DNA of 64,000 bases, taken from assembly GCA_050273025.1 (NCBI GenBank), contig CP158636.1:372001-436000 (forward strand), given 5' to 3'. Each line of letters begins with the position of its first letter. Positions within the stretch are counted from its first letter, which is position 1. A model generated the notes under the pieces. It was given only the letters and a program-made list of their open reading frames with translations. It was not told where the DNA came from and did not search any database. Below, piece by piece: positions 26,701 through 39,887 of the stretch. This stretch comes from Cenococcum geophilum. Its lineage: Eukaryota. The translations under genes and the position numbers were made by a program.

Positions 26701-29700
26701 AGGTATAGAGGCTAACTTAGGCAAGATAAACCCAAGCTATAGCATAGTTAACGCTATAGGGGGTAAATACCTAAGGGCTCCGAGAAGGCCTAATAAAGGT
26801 AGAAAATATAATAGCAACACTCTTAAGAACAGGAATAATAGGACTAAAAGATTGGCTTTACTGGGTGGGTGTTCTAGTAGGTAGCTTAAGATATAAATGT
26901 GGCTGGCTAAGATAGACACTAAAACACGTAATACTGCTATGCCCCCTACGCACTAATTAAGAAATAATGCTCTTAGTAGCTGGTATAGAGAACTATAATA
27001 CACTACTCTTAATATAAAAAGGCCTTAAGGCGGTTACCTAGTGGCTTATTAGTTAAAATATGCTAAATTAGTTTTAGGTTATAAGGGAAATAGTAATAGA
27101 AGGTAAGGGGGCGAGCAGTAGGTGCCCCCTAGTAACTCTATAGTAGTAGAGTAAAAGTTTATAATACTAGCGCGTCTATAGGCTTATTACGGCAGCAGTG
27201 GTTCCTAAGGAGGTTAAATAGTAAGGTAGTAGAGCACTACAGGCGACTTATAGGCGCTAAGTAGGCGAGTCCCAAAAGGCGGGGAGATAGATTACGGGGT
27301 TTTCTCATTTTTCTTAAATAGAGTTTTCTCCCCATATGTAAATAAGGAGTAGTCTGCGTAGGCCCAATAGGGATCCAAATCGGACGTTAAGCAATGAATT
27401 ATTATTATTATTATTATTAATTAAGATGGTTTATTTGCTAGAAAAGACGCTTATTTAGGGTAAAAATATTATCCTTAGTTAGTTCCTAGTATTAAGCGGT
27501 AATAGAGAGATTAAATAAAGCCTTAGGTTAATAAATAAAAGTAATATAAGCTCTATAAGCACGTTACTCTATATATCCTTACTTTAGAGAATTAACGTTA
27601 ATAATATTAATCTTCTTACCTTAGCCCTTTTAGCGTAAAGTAATGGAATCCTTATTTAGGGAGAGGATATATTTATTAAAGAGTAATAGTGTTATTAAAT
27701 TAAGCTTTTCTTTTAGCTTTGCTATAAAATTTACTTTTACTAGCTTATTTTCTTTAAGAGTTAAAAATTGGTTGTTTCCTAAAATAATTATATTATTAGT
27801 TTATATGCTAATAATTCTAAATAGAGTTCCTATAATTATAATAAGGAAGTAGGGATTAAATATAGATATAGTTATTAAAAGCTTCTCTTTATAGTGCTTA
27901 CTATAGGTAGCTTACTAATAGGTTTCTGCCTCTGCAATTCTATATAATAGCTTAAGTATAACTATAATTGTATTTTCCGGATATTAGTAGCGAATTTACT
28001 CTAAAAGGTGCGCTAATATTAAGCGTTAAAGGTGCGTTTTTAATTAGGTATAGGCCTAAGTAATATCTTATAAATAGACTGCTATTCTATTCTTTATTAA
28101 GAAGGGAGCTAATATAATAATAACTTGTTAACTAGCTTGTTAAATTATAGGAGATTGCGTAAAAATTATCTTCTTACTATTATTATTATAACCTTAGATA
28201 ATAAGCCTTAATTTCTTAAATAGGGCGTTAGTAGCTTTACCCTTAATCTTATTAACTATCCTTAACTTAAAGATATAAACTTTATTAAACTTAATAGAGT
28301 TATACTTCTTAAATTTAAAGACTCCTTTTATAATAAGACTGTTAATCTCCTACTTATTAGATCCTTAGAAAGGAGCTCTTAGGGTTATAATATAACCTTC
28401 CTTTTAGAGCTATTTTATAAGCTTAAAGTTAGCCTTCTCTTTAGCTATTATAAAGGCTATTAATAACTTAACTCTATTCATAATAGCGGTAATAAATTAT
28501 TCTTTAAAATTAATAAGATATTGGCGATTTTATAATCCCTTTAGGCGACCTCTACCGCGTTATAGTTATAGCGTATCTATTATAATTATATTGGGATTAT
28601 AGTCGCCTTTTAGAGCATATTAATTATAGTTTTTTTTAAAGTATCTTTTAGGGCATCCTATAAAGGCTTAGAATTATTATCTTTGTAATAAGGCTTAATA
28701 ATAATTTAATGGAATTAAGTAGGTCTATAAGGCATCTAAATAATATAAGTTTAACTATTAATTATAATAAGTTAATATAGTCCTAACTATCCTCCCTTTT
28801 TACGCTATATGTGTACCTTAGACTAGAGTGGCAGATTAATTATAGTTAAGGTGTTTAGGCTATTTCTTATTTCTAGTGCGTTATTGACCTAGTATATAGC
28901 ATAGAGGCGTCGCACCTCCTTTATTGCCTTGTAAATTGCCTTAGCTTATTATATAATAAAGGGAGATAGTAAAGAATTATTAGTTATTTATAGGTAGGTG
29001 CTAAAGACTAGGAATATAGGTATAAGTCTATCTAGGCTAGCGAAATTATTAATAGCTTTAACAGCTATTTATAAGGTAAGTTTTTTACTAGCGTTCTTTA
29101 GATCTAAAGAGATAATCTTATATATGCGGCGTAATAGCGTGTAATATTGGTCTACTTTTTTAATGCTATTATATGCCTTAATAGGGACTTCCTTAACCTT
29201 AATTGCTATTACCTTTATTTATTATTAGAACTCTATAAATAAAAAGTTCTTTCCTATATTATAGACGATTTAATTAGGGGTTTTAGGTAGATATTAATCT
29301 AGTATAACTAAAGGGTATTCTATACATTCCTAGCTAATATATCCTTTAAGAATTATATAGCTTAGAAGAAGGTTAAACAGTCAATAATTTAGAGTACTGG
29401 CTTGCCGCTAAGATATATAACGTTAATAATAATATAGAAGTTAAAGTTATAATTATCTTTAAGGGTAAACTTAAATTAGCTAGGGGACTTCTAGTTTATT
29501 TAGTAGTAATAGCAGTATTTTATAAGATATTTAATTGCCTTAACCTTAACTTTATAGCCTACTTACTAAAGAACCTTAAGTAATTAATAAACGGATAGGT
29601 AGCTAAAATAATGGTATAGTTAGCGTAACTCTAACTTAGTTAAGTGGCTCTAAGTAATACTCTTTTCTAGTTAATAAAGGAGTAACTAGGGGTAACCCTA

Positions 29701-30084
29701 TTTACGTATAATAGGCACCTAATTATCTCCTTAAATAAGTACATCCTTAAGGTTATTAAGCTTAACGCCTAATTTATCTATATCTTTAATATAAAGTAGA
29801 AATAGGGTGTTTATAGAAATAATGTAAAAAGTAATATACCCTAAGGGGGTTTAAACCCTAATTGTGCTAAAAGAGATTATAGTACCTTTACTAAAATAAA
29901 TTGTATATTAGCCTGCCGTTAATTAGTTAATTTAAATAAAGCTATTAAGCTACTAAAGAGCTTAAACTTAAGGTTCTTCTACTATAAATATTCCTATAGC
30001 TCTAGGATCTGGTATAATACTATAGAAGATATTTACTATATATCTGTTGTTAAAGGAGAACGCGAAGCTCTTTTTTAGCTTATT
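20784..30084 (-). mobile_element. Ty1/copia element C1 (3' LTR 20784-20963, RNase H, RT, integrase, protease), interrupted by the LINE
   Basis: Minus-strand de-RIP motifs LFVFVDGSFANNKDFSSQLG (~21730-21790), HWSSTKSKRVTRSVLASE (~21605-21660), IFHGIMPD.GA (~29998-30032). PPT complement at 20964-20980. Confidence 0.88.
21838..27417 (+). mobile_element. Full-length Tad1-like LINE (ORF1 with CCHC knuckles; ORF2 APE endonuclease + RT); RIP-inactivated
   Basis: 14-bp TSD TAATTAAGATGGTT (21824-37, 27418-31); (ATT)n tail. Motifs C..C..WGH (~22958-22987), ILAIQEP (~23793), LLGD.NLHHP.WGG (~24099-24140), SYRPITLENTL (~25275), GIPQGSPLSPILF (~25665-25703), FVDD (~25764). Confidence 0.95.
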
Positions 30085-33000
30085 TATAACGGAACCTTAT
30101 AGGAAGAACTACAATAGGCTCGTTATTAGGCTAGGTGTGTAGGTAATATAAGTTAAAGTTAACAACGTAATAATAACTGGTGGAGTAGTTGCCTAATAGA
30201 TTAACTTTAATTATATTCTAAGAATTACTATAAAGAAGGAACTATCTAGGTAGGGACTAAGGGTCCTTAAATACATAACCGTACTCCTATAAAATCCTTT
30301 TTATATATAATATACGTGTACTTTATCTACTCTATTATAGATCCTATAGATTATATAGATTATATAGATTATATTATATAACCTTAGTTACTATTCCTCG
30401 TTATATAGTTCTATCAGCTCTATTCTAGATAGTGCTTAAATTAACTAACTAGCTTCTTCTGTCTCTTCTTTAAGTAGTTATAATATTGTACTTAAAGCGT
30501 CTATAATACTATCTCCCTCCTCTCTATCTTTATCCTTAAAGATTTAAAATATCTTTAAGTTATTTACTAGAGGTATAATATTTATCTAATTAATTTAGTT
30601 AATATCTTTGCTTATTATACCTAAAGCTCTTCCTTTATCCTTAACTGCTTATTATATTCGCACCATTACTGCAATATTATCTTATAGTAAGATTATACTA
30701 TCTCCGTATTCTCGCTATTTAAAAGAGGGGCTAGTTTATATTACATTAGTAAGTCTATCTTCGTAACAACCGTCCTCTTACTTAAAGTACACTAAAGTAA
30801 ATATTTATTTATTCTATGACGTCCGCTCTATCTCTAATGCTAAATATACGCAACCTATTACTCTTAATAGTCGTCTAGTTCCCTAATTAATTTATCTTAG
30901 GGTCTTATATTTAATCTACTACTGCTTAACTAGATAATAAACTATCTATTACTCTGGCGGAGTTGCGCCGTTTTTATAATATAGAATAAGAGGCTGCCGA
31001 TGCTTAATAATGGGCCCTTAAGTCTTGTCTTGCGGCGTCCGCTTAGTTAATCTATCTTAAGAAGGTTTATAAGAAGGTCTATTTTAAGGAGTAGAAATTA
31101 GTGGAATAAGGTTTATAGAAACTTAGTAATAAAAAAACGGATTTTCCTTTAATAGAGAAGGAAATAGATCTAAGTAGTTCGGTAACTGCTCTTCTTAGGT
31201 CCCCCTTAGGTAACTTATTCTTTAGCGATCCTTCTTTATTAATACTGCCTAATCTAATTTCTTCTAATATTTCTATACCTTTTTTTATAGCATTCTTTAA
31301 ATTCTCTAGTGGTTCCTAGGTAGTCTTATTATAGCCTATTTACTTAACCTTATATTATATTTTACCGTTAATGTCCTTATAACTAACGATTTTTAAAACT
31401 TGCTATTTGTCTTCTTCTTATCCTCTATATATGTCTACTTCGTAAACTAGTGGCTTAATATTCCTATATACTAGCTCTAGCATTGCAATGTACTATATAG
31501 GGTAGATCTTTATTTTAGCTAGTAGGTTTAACTTAAACGTGACTAGTGAAATCCTTTACGTAATTTTAAAAAGTCTTAGTCTAACGTAGTTTAACTTCTT
31601 ACTTAGTCGTCAACTCTTGAAATTTTTGTGTAGTAGCTACACTTTATCTCCTTCCTTAAGATCTAGTCCCTTAGATCTCTTAGCGTTATAATATTTCTTT
31701 ATTCTCTGCTATACTACCTTAGCTATTTCTATAAGGTTTTTATAAAGATTTATTAAAGTCTCTATTCTTTACTTAGCTGTGCTACTTATCTTCTTTACTT
31801 AACGTAGTAATAATAATATTCTTAGCTTATACCCGTAATTTGCCTTAAATAGTAATATACCTATTCCTTTTTAAGGTGTTGCATTATATGCGAACTATAT
31901 AACTGATAATAGCGATACCTAATTATTCTGTATATAATTAATATAATATCTTAGATACTATTCTAGCGTCTAATTTAATCTTTCTATTTAACTATCTGTC
32001 TATAGATAATATGCGGTAAAAGTTGCTTCTTTAACTCCTTATTCTGCTAAAAATACCTCCTAAAATGCTACTACGAATCTTAGATCTCTATCCGATATAA
32101 TTTTACTTAGTACTTTATATTTTACGAACACTTCCTTAATATAGATTCTAGTAATATCTTCCGCTGATATTTCTTCTATATATGCTATAAAGTATCCCTA
32201 CTTTATAAGCTTATTTACTATTACTAAGATTACGTTTTAATCTTATCTAGTAATAGGATCTCTTAACTTTAGTAACTTTACAATAAAGTCCTATAATATA
32301 ACCTCCTATAGTCTCTTTGGTATTTTAATAGGTTATAGCCCTCTATATAGCTTATGCTTTATTAGTTTATTTCTTTAGCAATTTAGATACTCCTTTATTA
32401 CTTTTCTTACGATATTTTAGATTTTATTAATAATATATTCCTTCTAGAGTCTTAACACTAAGCCTATAGCTCTATTATGTCCTTAAGTTAGTCCCTTATA
32501 GAAGTCCTCTATAAACTGCTCTGCTATACTTTTTAGGATATACTTTACTTCTTAATTTTTATATATATCCGTCTATAGATCTTCTAGCTATACTTCTAGA
32601 ATTCTTTATACCTAAAAGCTTTCTAGTATCTTATAGACTCTTTTTAGTTCGTTATCTTCTTAAGTTACTATAATTTTTAGATAATTGTACCTAATTAATC
32701 CGTCTATATCTTTTCGCAGTAAAGCCCCTAATGGCTTTTTATTATTTTATAGTTTAGCCTTTTAACTTAGAGCGTCTGCTTGCGTATTATCTGTACCCTT
32801 AGTATACTAAATCTTAAAATAGTATTCTATAAGCATCTCTGCCCATCTAACCTATCTTTAGTTAAGTTCCTTTATTATTAGAAATCCTATTAGGTTCTTA
32901 TAATCCGTTTTAACTATAAATAGTTTCTCTATGCCTTATAAGAATGCTCTTTATTTCTTTAGTGCTATAATTATACCTAATAACTTCTTGTTATAGATGT

Positions 33001-36000
33001 TATAGTTTAACTCTAATAGTGTTATCTTCTAACTATAGTATACCACTAGGTGCCATTAATTTTAATATTTCTGTATAAAGTATACCCCTAGTATAAAGTT
33101 TAATGTATTTATTTTTATAATTGTCTCTAGACCTAGTTAATAGATCTTAAGAACTGGCTCCTAGGTAAATAATTCTTTAACTCTCTTAAATAGCTTTTAT
33201 TATTCCTTTCCCTATGCCTATAGTTTTTCTTTCTTTATTAATTACGTAAATAGTTTAATGTCCTTTAACCATTGCGCTATAAACCTTCTATAGTAATTAT
33301 AAAACCTTAGAAACAATCTTAACTACGTAACGTTCTCTAGTTCCTACTAATTTACTATAGCCTTAATCTTCTTTAGATCTATACTAAGTTAGCTTAGTTT
33401 AATAATAAATCTAATAAAATCGGTCTTCCTAGTAAAGAACTTGCATTTCTTAATTGCTACTAGTATCTATTCCTCTTATAGTCTCTTTAAAACCTATTTA
33501 ATATATTCCCCGTATTCTTCCTCTATTATTAAATAGATAATAATATTGTTAAGATATACTATAATAAATTTATCTAAGTGTTTTCCTAATACGTTGTTAA
33601 TACGCTTTTGGAACGTTGCTAGTGCGTTTATAAGCCTAAATTATATAACTAATAGTTTATATAGTCCTTCCTTTGACCTAAAGGCTGCCTTTTATTTATT
33701 GCCTTCCTTAATTTTAATCTAATGGTACGCCCATCTTAGATCTATTTTTGTAAAGATTTGCGCGTTGCCTATCCTGTCTTAGATTTCGCTAATTAAGGGT
33801 AAAGGATACCTATCCTTTCTGGTAATACTGTTTAACTATCTATAGTTAATATATAGCCTTAGTTTACCATTCTTTTTTGGTATAAATAGTACTAGATAAC
33901 CTACTAATAATTGTAATGGTCTAATATATCCCTTTTATAAGTTTTCCTAAATAAACTCTTTTAGTGCTCTACCTTCTTCTTTAGTAAGCTTATAGATTAA
34001 AAAGAACCCTAGACTTATTCCTAATTCTAATTCTATTTTATAGTCCTATACTATATACTTTAATAGCTTTTTACTTTCTAATAACCATAGTTTCTTACTA
34101 TACTTATGGTATCTCTTTGGTATATAACTTAAGCCCTTTTCCGTTTCTTTATAGGTTACTTCTACTTAGTACTATACTAACTTGGCTTATTATCGTATCT
34201 TACGGCGTTAAGTATCTCTAATATTAACCTAACCTATAATTCAATCAATCTTTAGATTATATTCCTGTAACTAAGGTATCTTTAATACTGCCTTATCCCG
34301 TCCTAATAGTAGGATATTAAAAAACATTTTAATTTGTCTTCCTTTAATGGTTATCTAAATAGGTCCTGTTTTAAGGTTGATGATCCCTCCTCTATAGGCT
34401 ATTAGATCTCCTAAAATTATAACTAATAGGTAAGGTTGCTCCTTCTATCTATAAGGTAGTCCTATTCTCTTAACTACTACTAATAAGATATAGTTTCGCG
34501 TTACTCTACTATTTATTAGCGCTTTAAACTACTAATCTTACTATTTTACTTATAAATTTAGGTGTTGTCCTTAAATTCCTTTAAGGGTTTAAGGCTCTAT
34601 TACTGGCTCCCCCTAGTTTTATAGGCCTCTACTTTTTCTAACTATTGGCTACTTAATTCTTATACACTTAGCTCGCTCTTTAGCTAATGCTTAGTTCGCT
34701 TTTTGTCTTTAATATACTATAGACACGTATTTTTTAGGCATTCCTACTACTATTGTTTATCTAAGTATTCTTCCGTAAAGAATCTTCCTAGCTAAAGTAT
34801 TAAATCTCCTTCCTCTTAGACTTCTGCTGGATGCCATCTATATATATATTTGGCATTCCTATACTATTACTCGTCTATTATTTAGTATATTCTTATAGGG
34901 TATTTCTAATTCTTTTCCTTTGGATTCTTGTGTATTTTATATATATTGTCTACGTATATAATCTATAATAGCGTATAGTGTGCTAGGTGCTTTAGGTTAA
35001 CTCTTAGCTTATCTTTATCCTTAAGTTTAAACCTTTATTGTGCTAATCTAAACGTTATAACTTTGTTTATAGGTACTAAAATGCGTTTCTTGCTTCTCTA
35101 GTCCTTTAATTATTCCTTTAAATCCTTTAACGTTATAATTAAGGCTCCTTTAATATAAGTTATAGCCTTTTTTATAATTAGGTGGTCTTAGATAACTTTT
35201 TTATCTAACTATATATAGAAATCTTCCTACTTATTATTGTGTCATTGCCTATACCACTTTTAGTATAGCTACTAAAGTGTATACGGCTTGTCCGTAAGGA
35301 AGTATCTTCTTATTACTGCGTTATAACAGCTCTTTATATGTCGTTCTTTAAACCTAGTAGGGATTCCTAGATCCTCTTCGTTTTCTAATTTAATAAGCCA
35401 CTTAGCTCTTAGTGTGCCTATTCTAGGCCTATTAGTAATTCTTTATACTAGCGCTCTGTCCCTTATACGTCCTAATATACTAGATCTTTTATCTAGTTTC
35501 TATTCTTACTATGCGATAATTCTTTACCTAAATTCTTCTATGGTTTCTTTTGGTTTGCGTCTTATAGATTAATTCTTAAAGTTCTCCTACTTCTTAATCT
35601 TGGTATTAACATTTTAATCTTTAGGCTAAATACTACGTTCCCCTAGTAAGTCTTCTAGGTCTATATATCTGTCTCCTAGTCTAATCGCTGTTTACGCTAT
35701 AGATTCTCTAATCTATAAAGAAGCTCCTTACCTCTAATTTATAGGTGTTTTTATTCGTACTCCGAATTCCTAACCCCTTAGATTCTTTAATCCTAAGCTT
35801 GCTTTTAACTTAAGCTTAGCTCCAGCCTTAGTCTAACTAGGCTTACTTAGTATTCTTATCTCGTCTTAAGAGTCTTATGCCTTTAGAAAACTTCGTCCTA
35901 AGCTTATTCGTATATTACTGAACTAAGCCATTACTCTACTCTATTGGTTATCGTCTGTTATAGGTCCTTAAGCTTACCTTATCTCGTCTTAAGAATCTTA

Positions 36001-37998
36001 AGCTTTTGGCTTTTTGCCTTTATCGAGTGCTAAAGTGGCTCGCTATCCTACTTCTCTTACGTCTCGCGAAGCGATAGATATCGTGTTTAGTGGGGTCTTG
36101 ATCCCTACTAATATTCCCTATTTTATAGTGGAATTATCTTCTACCTTTATTATAACATCTCTAATAGCTACGTGTTCCTAATAAACCGCCTTTATTACCT
36201 TATTATTACGGAATACTTCGCCTTTATTAAATTTATCGTCCTTAATATCCGTTCTGCGAGCTGGTTTATTAGTTCCTTTATATCCTATAGATGCTGGCTC
36301 TTATAGCTAATAGCTTACGCCATACTTAGCGTCTTTATAAATTTGGTATACGTTGTTATAATAAAACGCAAAACTTTTAATTAAACATTCTTTTATTCCT
36401 CGCAGTATATTATTATCCCTTTATATATATATATCGTCTACTAGTCTTATCCCTTTTACTATATAGTAACTCTGCCTACTTTTATAATCTCTAATATAAT
36501 GACCTTATTTTCCGTAATTTATATAAGCTCCTTTTTTAAACCATTTTTCTTACTATAGAGTCCGCCTAAATGTCTTCTGCTATTAAGATCCCTAATTTAG
36601 CCTCTGCTCCTTAGACCTTTAATTACTTAATCCTTATCCTCTGGGTTTCTATAGTCGTTTCCTCTATCTCTTATAGGCTTCTTTAGTACTACTTAGGTTT
36701 ATTAACTCTACGCTATACTATAGTTTTTAGCTTAGCTTTAGTTGTTGCGTGCTTTGCGCCTTATATAACTATAGAACTCTATCCTAGCCTCTCTTAGCCT
36801 ATTCCCTTTAGTAGATCTAATTGTTGATTTTAATTACTTAATCTATTAGCTCCCTTGGGGTATCCGCATCTTCTATTAGAATAATTACGTCCTAGACTTT
36901 AGCCTTAAGTCCTTGCTTATACTGTGCTATAAGCGCCCTATTATTCTACTCTACTTATATTGTTAACGTCTGGAACTATATTATATACTTAATTGCTAAG
37001 GTCCTTTACGTAATGTCTTGGAGTTTTCTTTTCGCTGTAGTTATTGCCTCTAGGTCTTTAAATATTTATATAAGTTGCTTTATAAACCCTTTCTAGCTTA
37101 AAAACATAAATTGCACCTCTTAATTAGTAGTCGTTATTCTATTTGCCTATATTTCTATAAGGTAAGGCTCGAACTACTTAAGTGCTCTTCCTAATAGGAA
37201 TAGTCCTACGTAGGCTATTCGATCTATAGGTGTTGCCAGCTTTACTCCTTCTTGCGTAATCTTAAAGTACATTTATATAAGGAATCCTTTAAGCTTTAAT
37301 CTTTCTCTTAAGTATCTCTTAATTAATAGTAACTTAACCTTTGCTACCCCTATCCCGTTAATCCTATTTTCTAATATTATATTATTTTCTATTAACTGGT
37401 CAACTATCTCTTATAGCTGTTCAACCGTTATAGGTTGCTATAAGTCAGTATCTGCTATACTGGTGTCGTTACCTAACCTTAAAGTAGTTGCCGCCGTCGA
37501 TGGCGTTATAGTGGCTGCTTTTAGTAGTATATTGTTTGACTTTTTGTGCTTAATACTGTAACTAGGTAGTAATTGTATAACGGAACCTTATAGCAAGAAC
37601 TACGATAGGCTTATTATTGGGCTAGGTATATAGGTAATATAAGTTAAAGTTAATAACGTAATAATAACTGGTAGAGTGGTTGCCTAATAGATTAACTCTA
37701 ATTATATTCTAAGAATTACTATAAGGAAGGAACTATCTAGGTAGGGACTAAGGGTCCTTAAATACACAACCGTACTTCTATAAAATCCTTCTTATATATA
37801 ATATACGTCTTATATATAAGGTACATAAGTTCCTCCTATGCCTCTCGTTTAATACGTAGTATATTATATAACTTTGGTTACTATTCCTTGTTATATAGTT
37901 CTACCGGCTCTATCTTAGACCGTACTTAAATTAACTAACTAGCTTTTTTCGTCTCTTCTCCTAGTAGTTATAATATCGTACTTAAAGCGTCCATAATA
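30085..37998 (-). mobile_element. Family A copy A1 (3' LTR 30085-30508; 5' LTR 37576-37998 shared with A2)
   Basis: Complete gag-pol relic: gag start ~37530, CCHC knuckle ~36485-36530, RT YLDD ~33545-33558, chromodomain ~31270-31420. PPT complement follows 30508. Confidence 0.93.
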
Positions 37999-39579
37999 CT
38001 ATTTCCCTCCTCTCTATCTTTGTCCTTAAAGATTCCTAATATCTTTAAGTTATTTACTAGAGGTATAATGTCCGTCTAATTAATTTGGTTAATATTATTG
38101 CTTATTATACCTAAAGCAATTTCTTCCTTATACGCCTAACGTCGTGCTCGCACTATTACTGCAATATTGTCTCTTAGTGAGATTATACTATCTCCGTATT
38201 CTTACTGTTTGAAAAAGGGGTTGGTTTATATTACGTTAATAAGTCCATCTTCGTAATAACCGTCCTCTTGCTTAGAGTGTACTAAAGCGAATATTTGTTT
38301 ATCCTATAATGTTCGCTCTACTTCTAATACTAAATATACGCGACCTATTACTCTTAATAGTCGTCTAGTTCCCTAATTAATTTATCTTAGGGTATTATAT
38401 TTAATCTACTACTACGCGGCTAGATAGTAAACTGTCTTAAGCTCTTATTAAGTTAGAACGTTCCCGTAACGCGGAATAGAAGGCCCTAAATACTTAGATT
38501 GCGGCGTCTACTTAGTTGCTCCGTCTTAAGAAGGTTTATAAGGTTTATTTTAAGGAGTAAAAACTTATAGAATAAGGTTTATAGAAACTTAGCAATAAAA
38601 AAACAGATTCTCCTCTAATAGGGAAGAAAACAGATTTAAGTAGTTCGGTAACTACTCTTCTTAGGTCCCCCTTAGGTAACTTATTCTTTAGTAATCCTTT
38701 TTTATTAATACTGCCTAACCTAATTTCTTCCGATATTTCTATACCTTTTTTATAGCATTCTTTAAATTTTCTAGTGGCTCCTAGGTAGTCTTAGTATAGC
38801 CTATCCACTTAATTTTATACTATATTTCGTTATTAATGTCCTTATAACCAATAATCTTTAAAACTTACTATTTATCTTCTTCCTATCCTCTATACGTGTC
38901 TACTTTATAAACTAGTAGCTTAATATTCCTATATGCTAGCTCTAGTATTATAATATACTATATAGGGTAGATCTTTATCTTAGCTAGTAGGTTTAACTTA
39001 AACGTAACCGGTGAAATCCTTTATATAATTTTAAAAGGTCCTAATCTGACGTAGTCTAACTTCTTACTTAGTTATCAACTTTTAAAATTTTTGTATAGTA
39101 GCCACACTTTATCTCCCTCCTTAAGATCTAGTCCCTTAGATCTCTTAGCATTATAATACCTTTTTATTTTCTCTTATACTTTCTTTACTAATTCTATAAG
39201 GTCTATATAAAGATTTATTAACGTCTTTATTTTTTCTTTAGCTATGCTACTTATTTTCTTTGCTTATTATAGTAATAACGATGTTTTTAGCTTATATCTA
39301 TAATTTGCCTTAAATAGTAATATGCCTATTCTTTCTTATAGTGTTATATTTTATATAAATTATATAACTGGTAATAGCGATACCTAATTATTCTGTGCAT
39401 AATTAATATAATGCCTTAGATACTGCTTTAGCGTCTAATTTAATCTTTCCGTCTAACCGTCTATCTGCGGATAATATACGGTAGAAGTTACTGCTTAAAC
39501 TCCTTGCTTTGCTAAAAACACTTCCTAAAATACTACTATAAATCTTAGATCCCTATCCGATATAATTTTACTTAGTGCT

Positions 39580-39887
39580 TATAACGGAATCCCCCGAGAG
39601 GTATATATCTAATAAGACGGTAGGAGGTTTTATTTATGTCCTATCTATATTCCAGAAGACATAGTTAGATAGGTTAGGGGCGAAAGGTTTTACTAGCGTC
39701 TTGGAAGAAATATATAGGAAGCTAGTTCCCCTCTAGAGAAGAACTAGCGATTAGTCTCTAAATAGAAGTGGTTAAAAGCATTTGTCCTTTAATACGTGAA
39801 ACTTATTCTACCTTTAACTTACCTTCTACTTACCGGTGACACTGTCGATTAGATAATTATATGTTCCGATTAAGCTGGCCTCTTACA
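39580..39887. repeat. Solo LTR (non-A family) in the A2 integrase
   Basis: TATAAC...CTTACA; TSD GTGCT at 39575-79 and 39888-92; absent from A1 and A3 at this position. Confidence 0.9.

Noticed and set aside
15145..27852. Remaining short ORF-track ORFs (15145, 18784, 21845, 22247, 23282, 23850, 25017, 26737, 27643)
   Set aside because: Antisense or chance frames in LINE, copia or repeat sequence. 25017-25208 is just a stop-free remnant of LINE ORF2.
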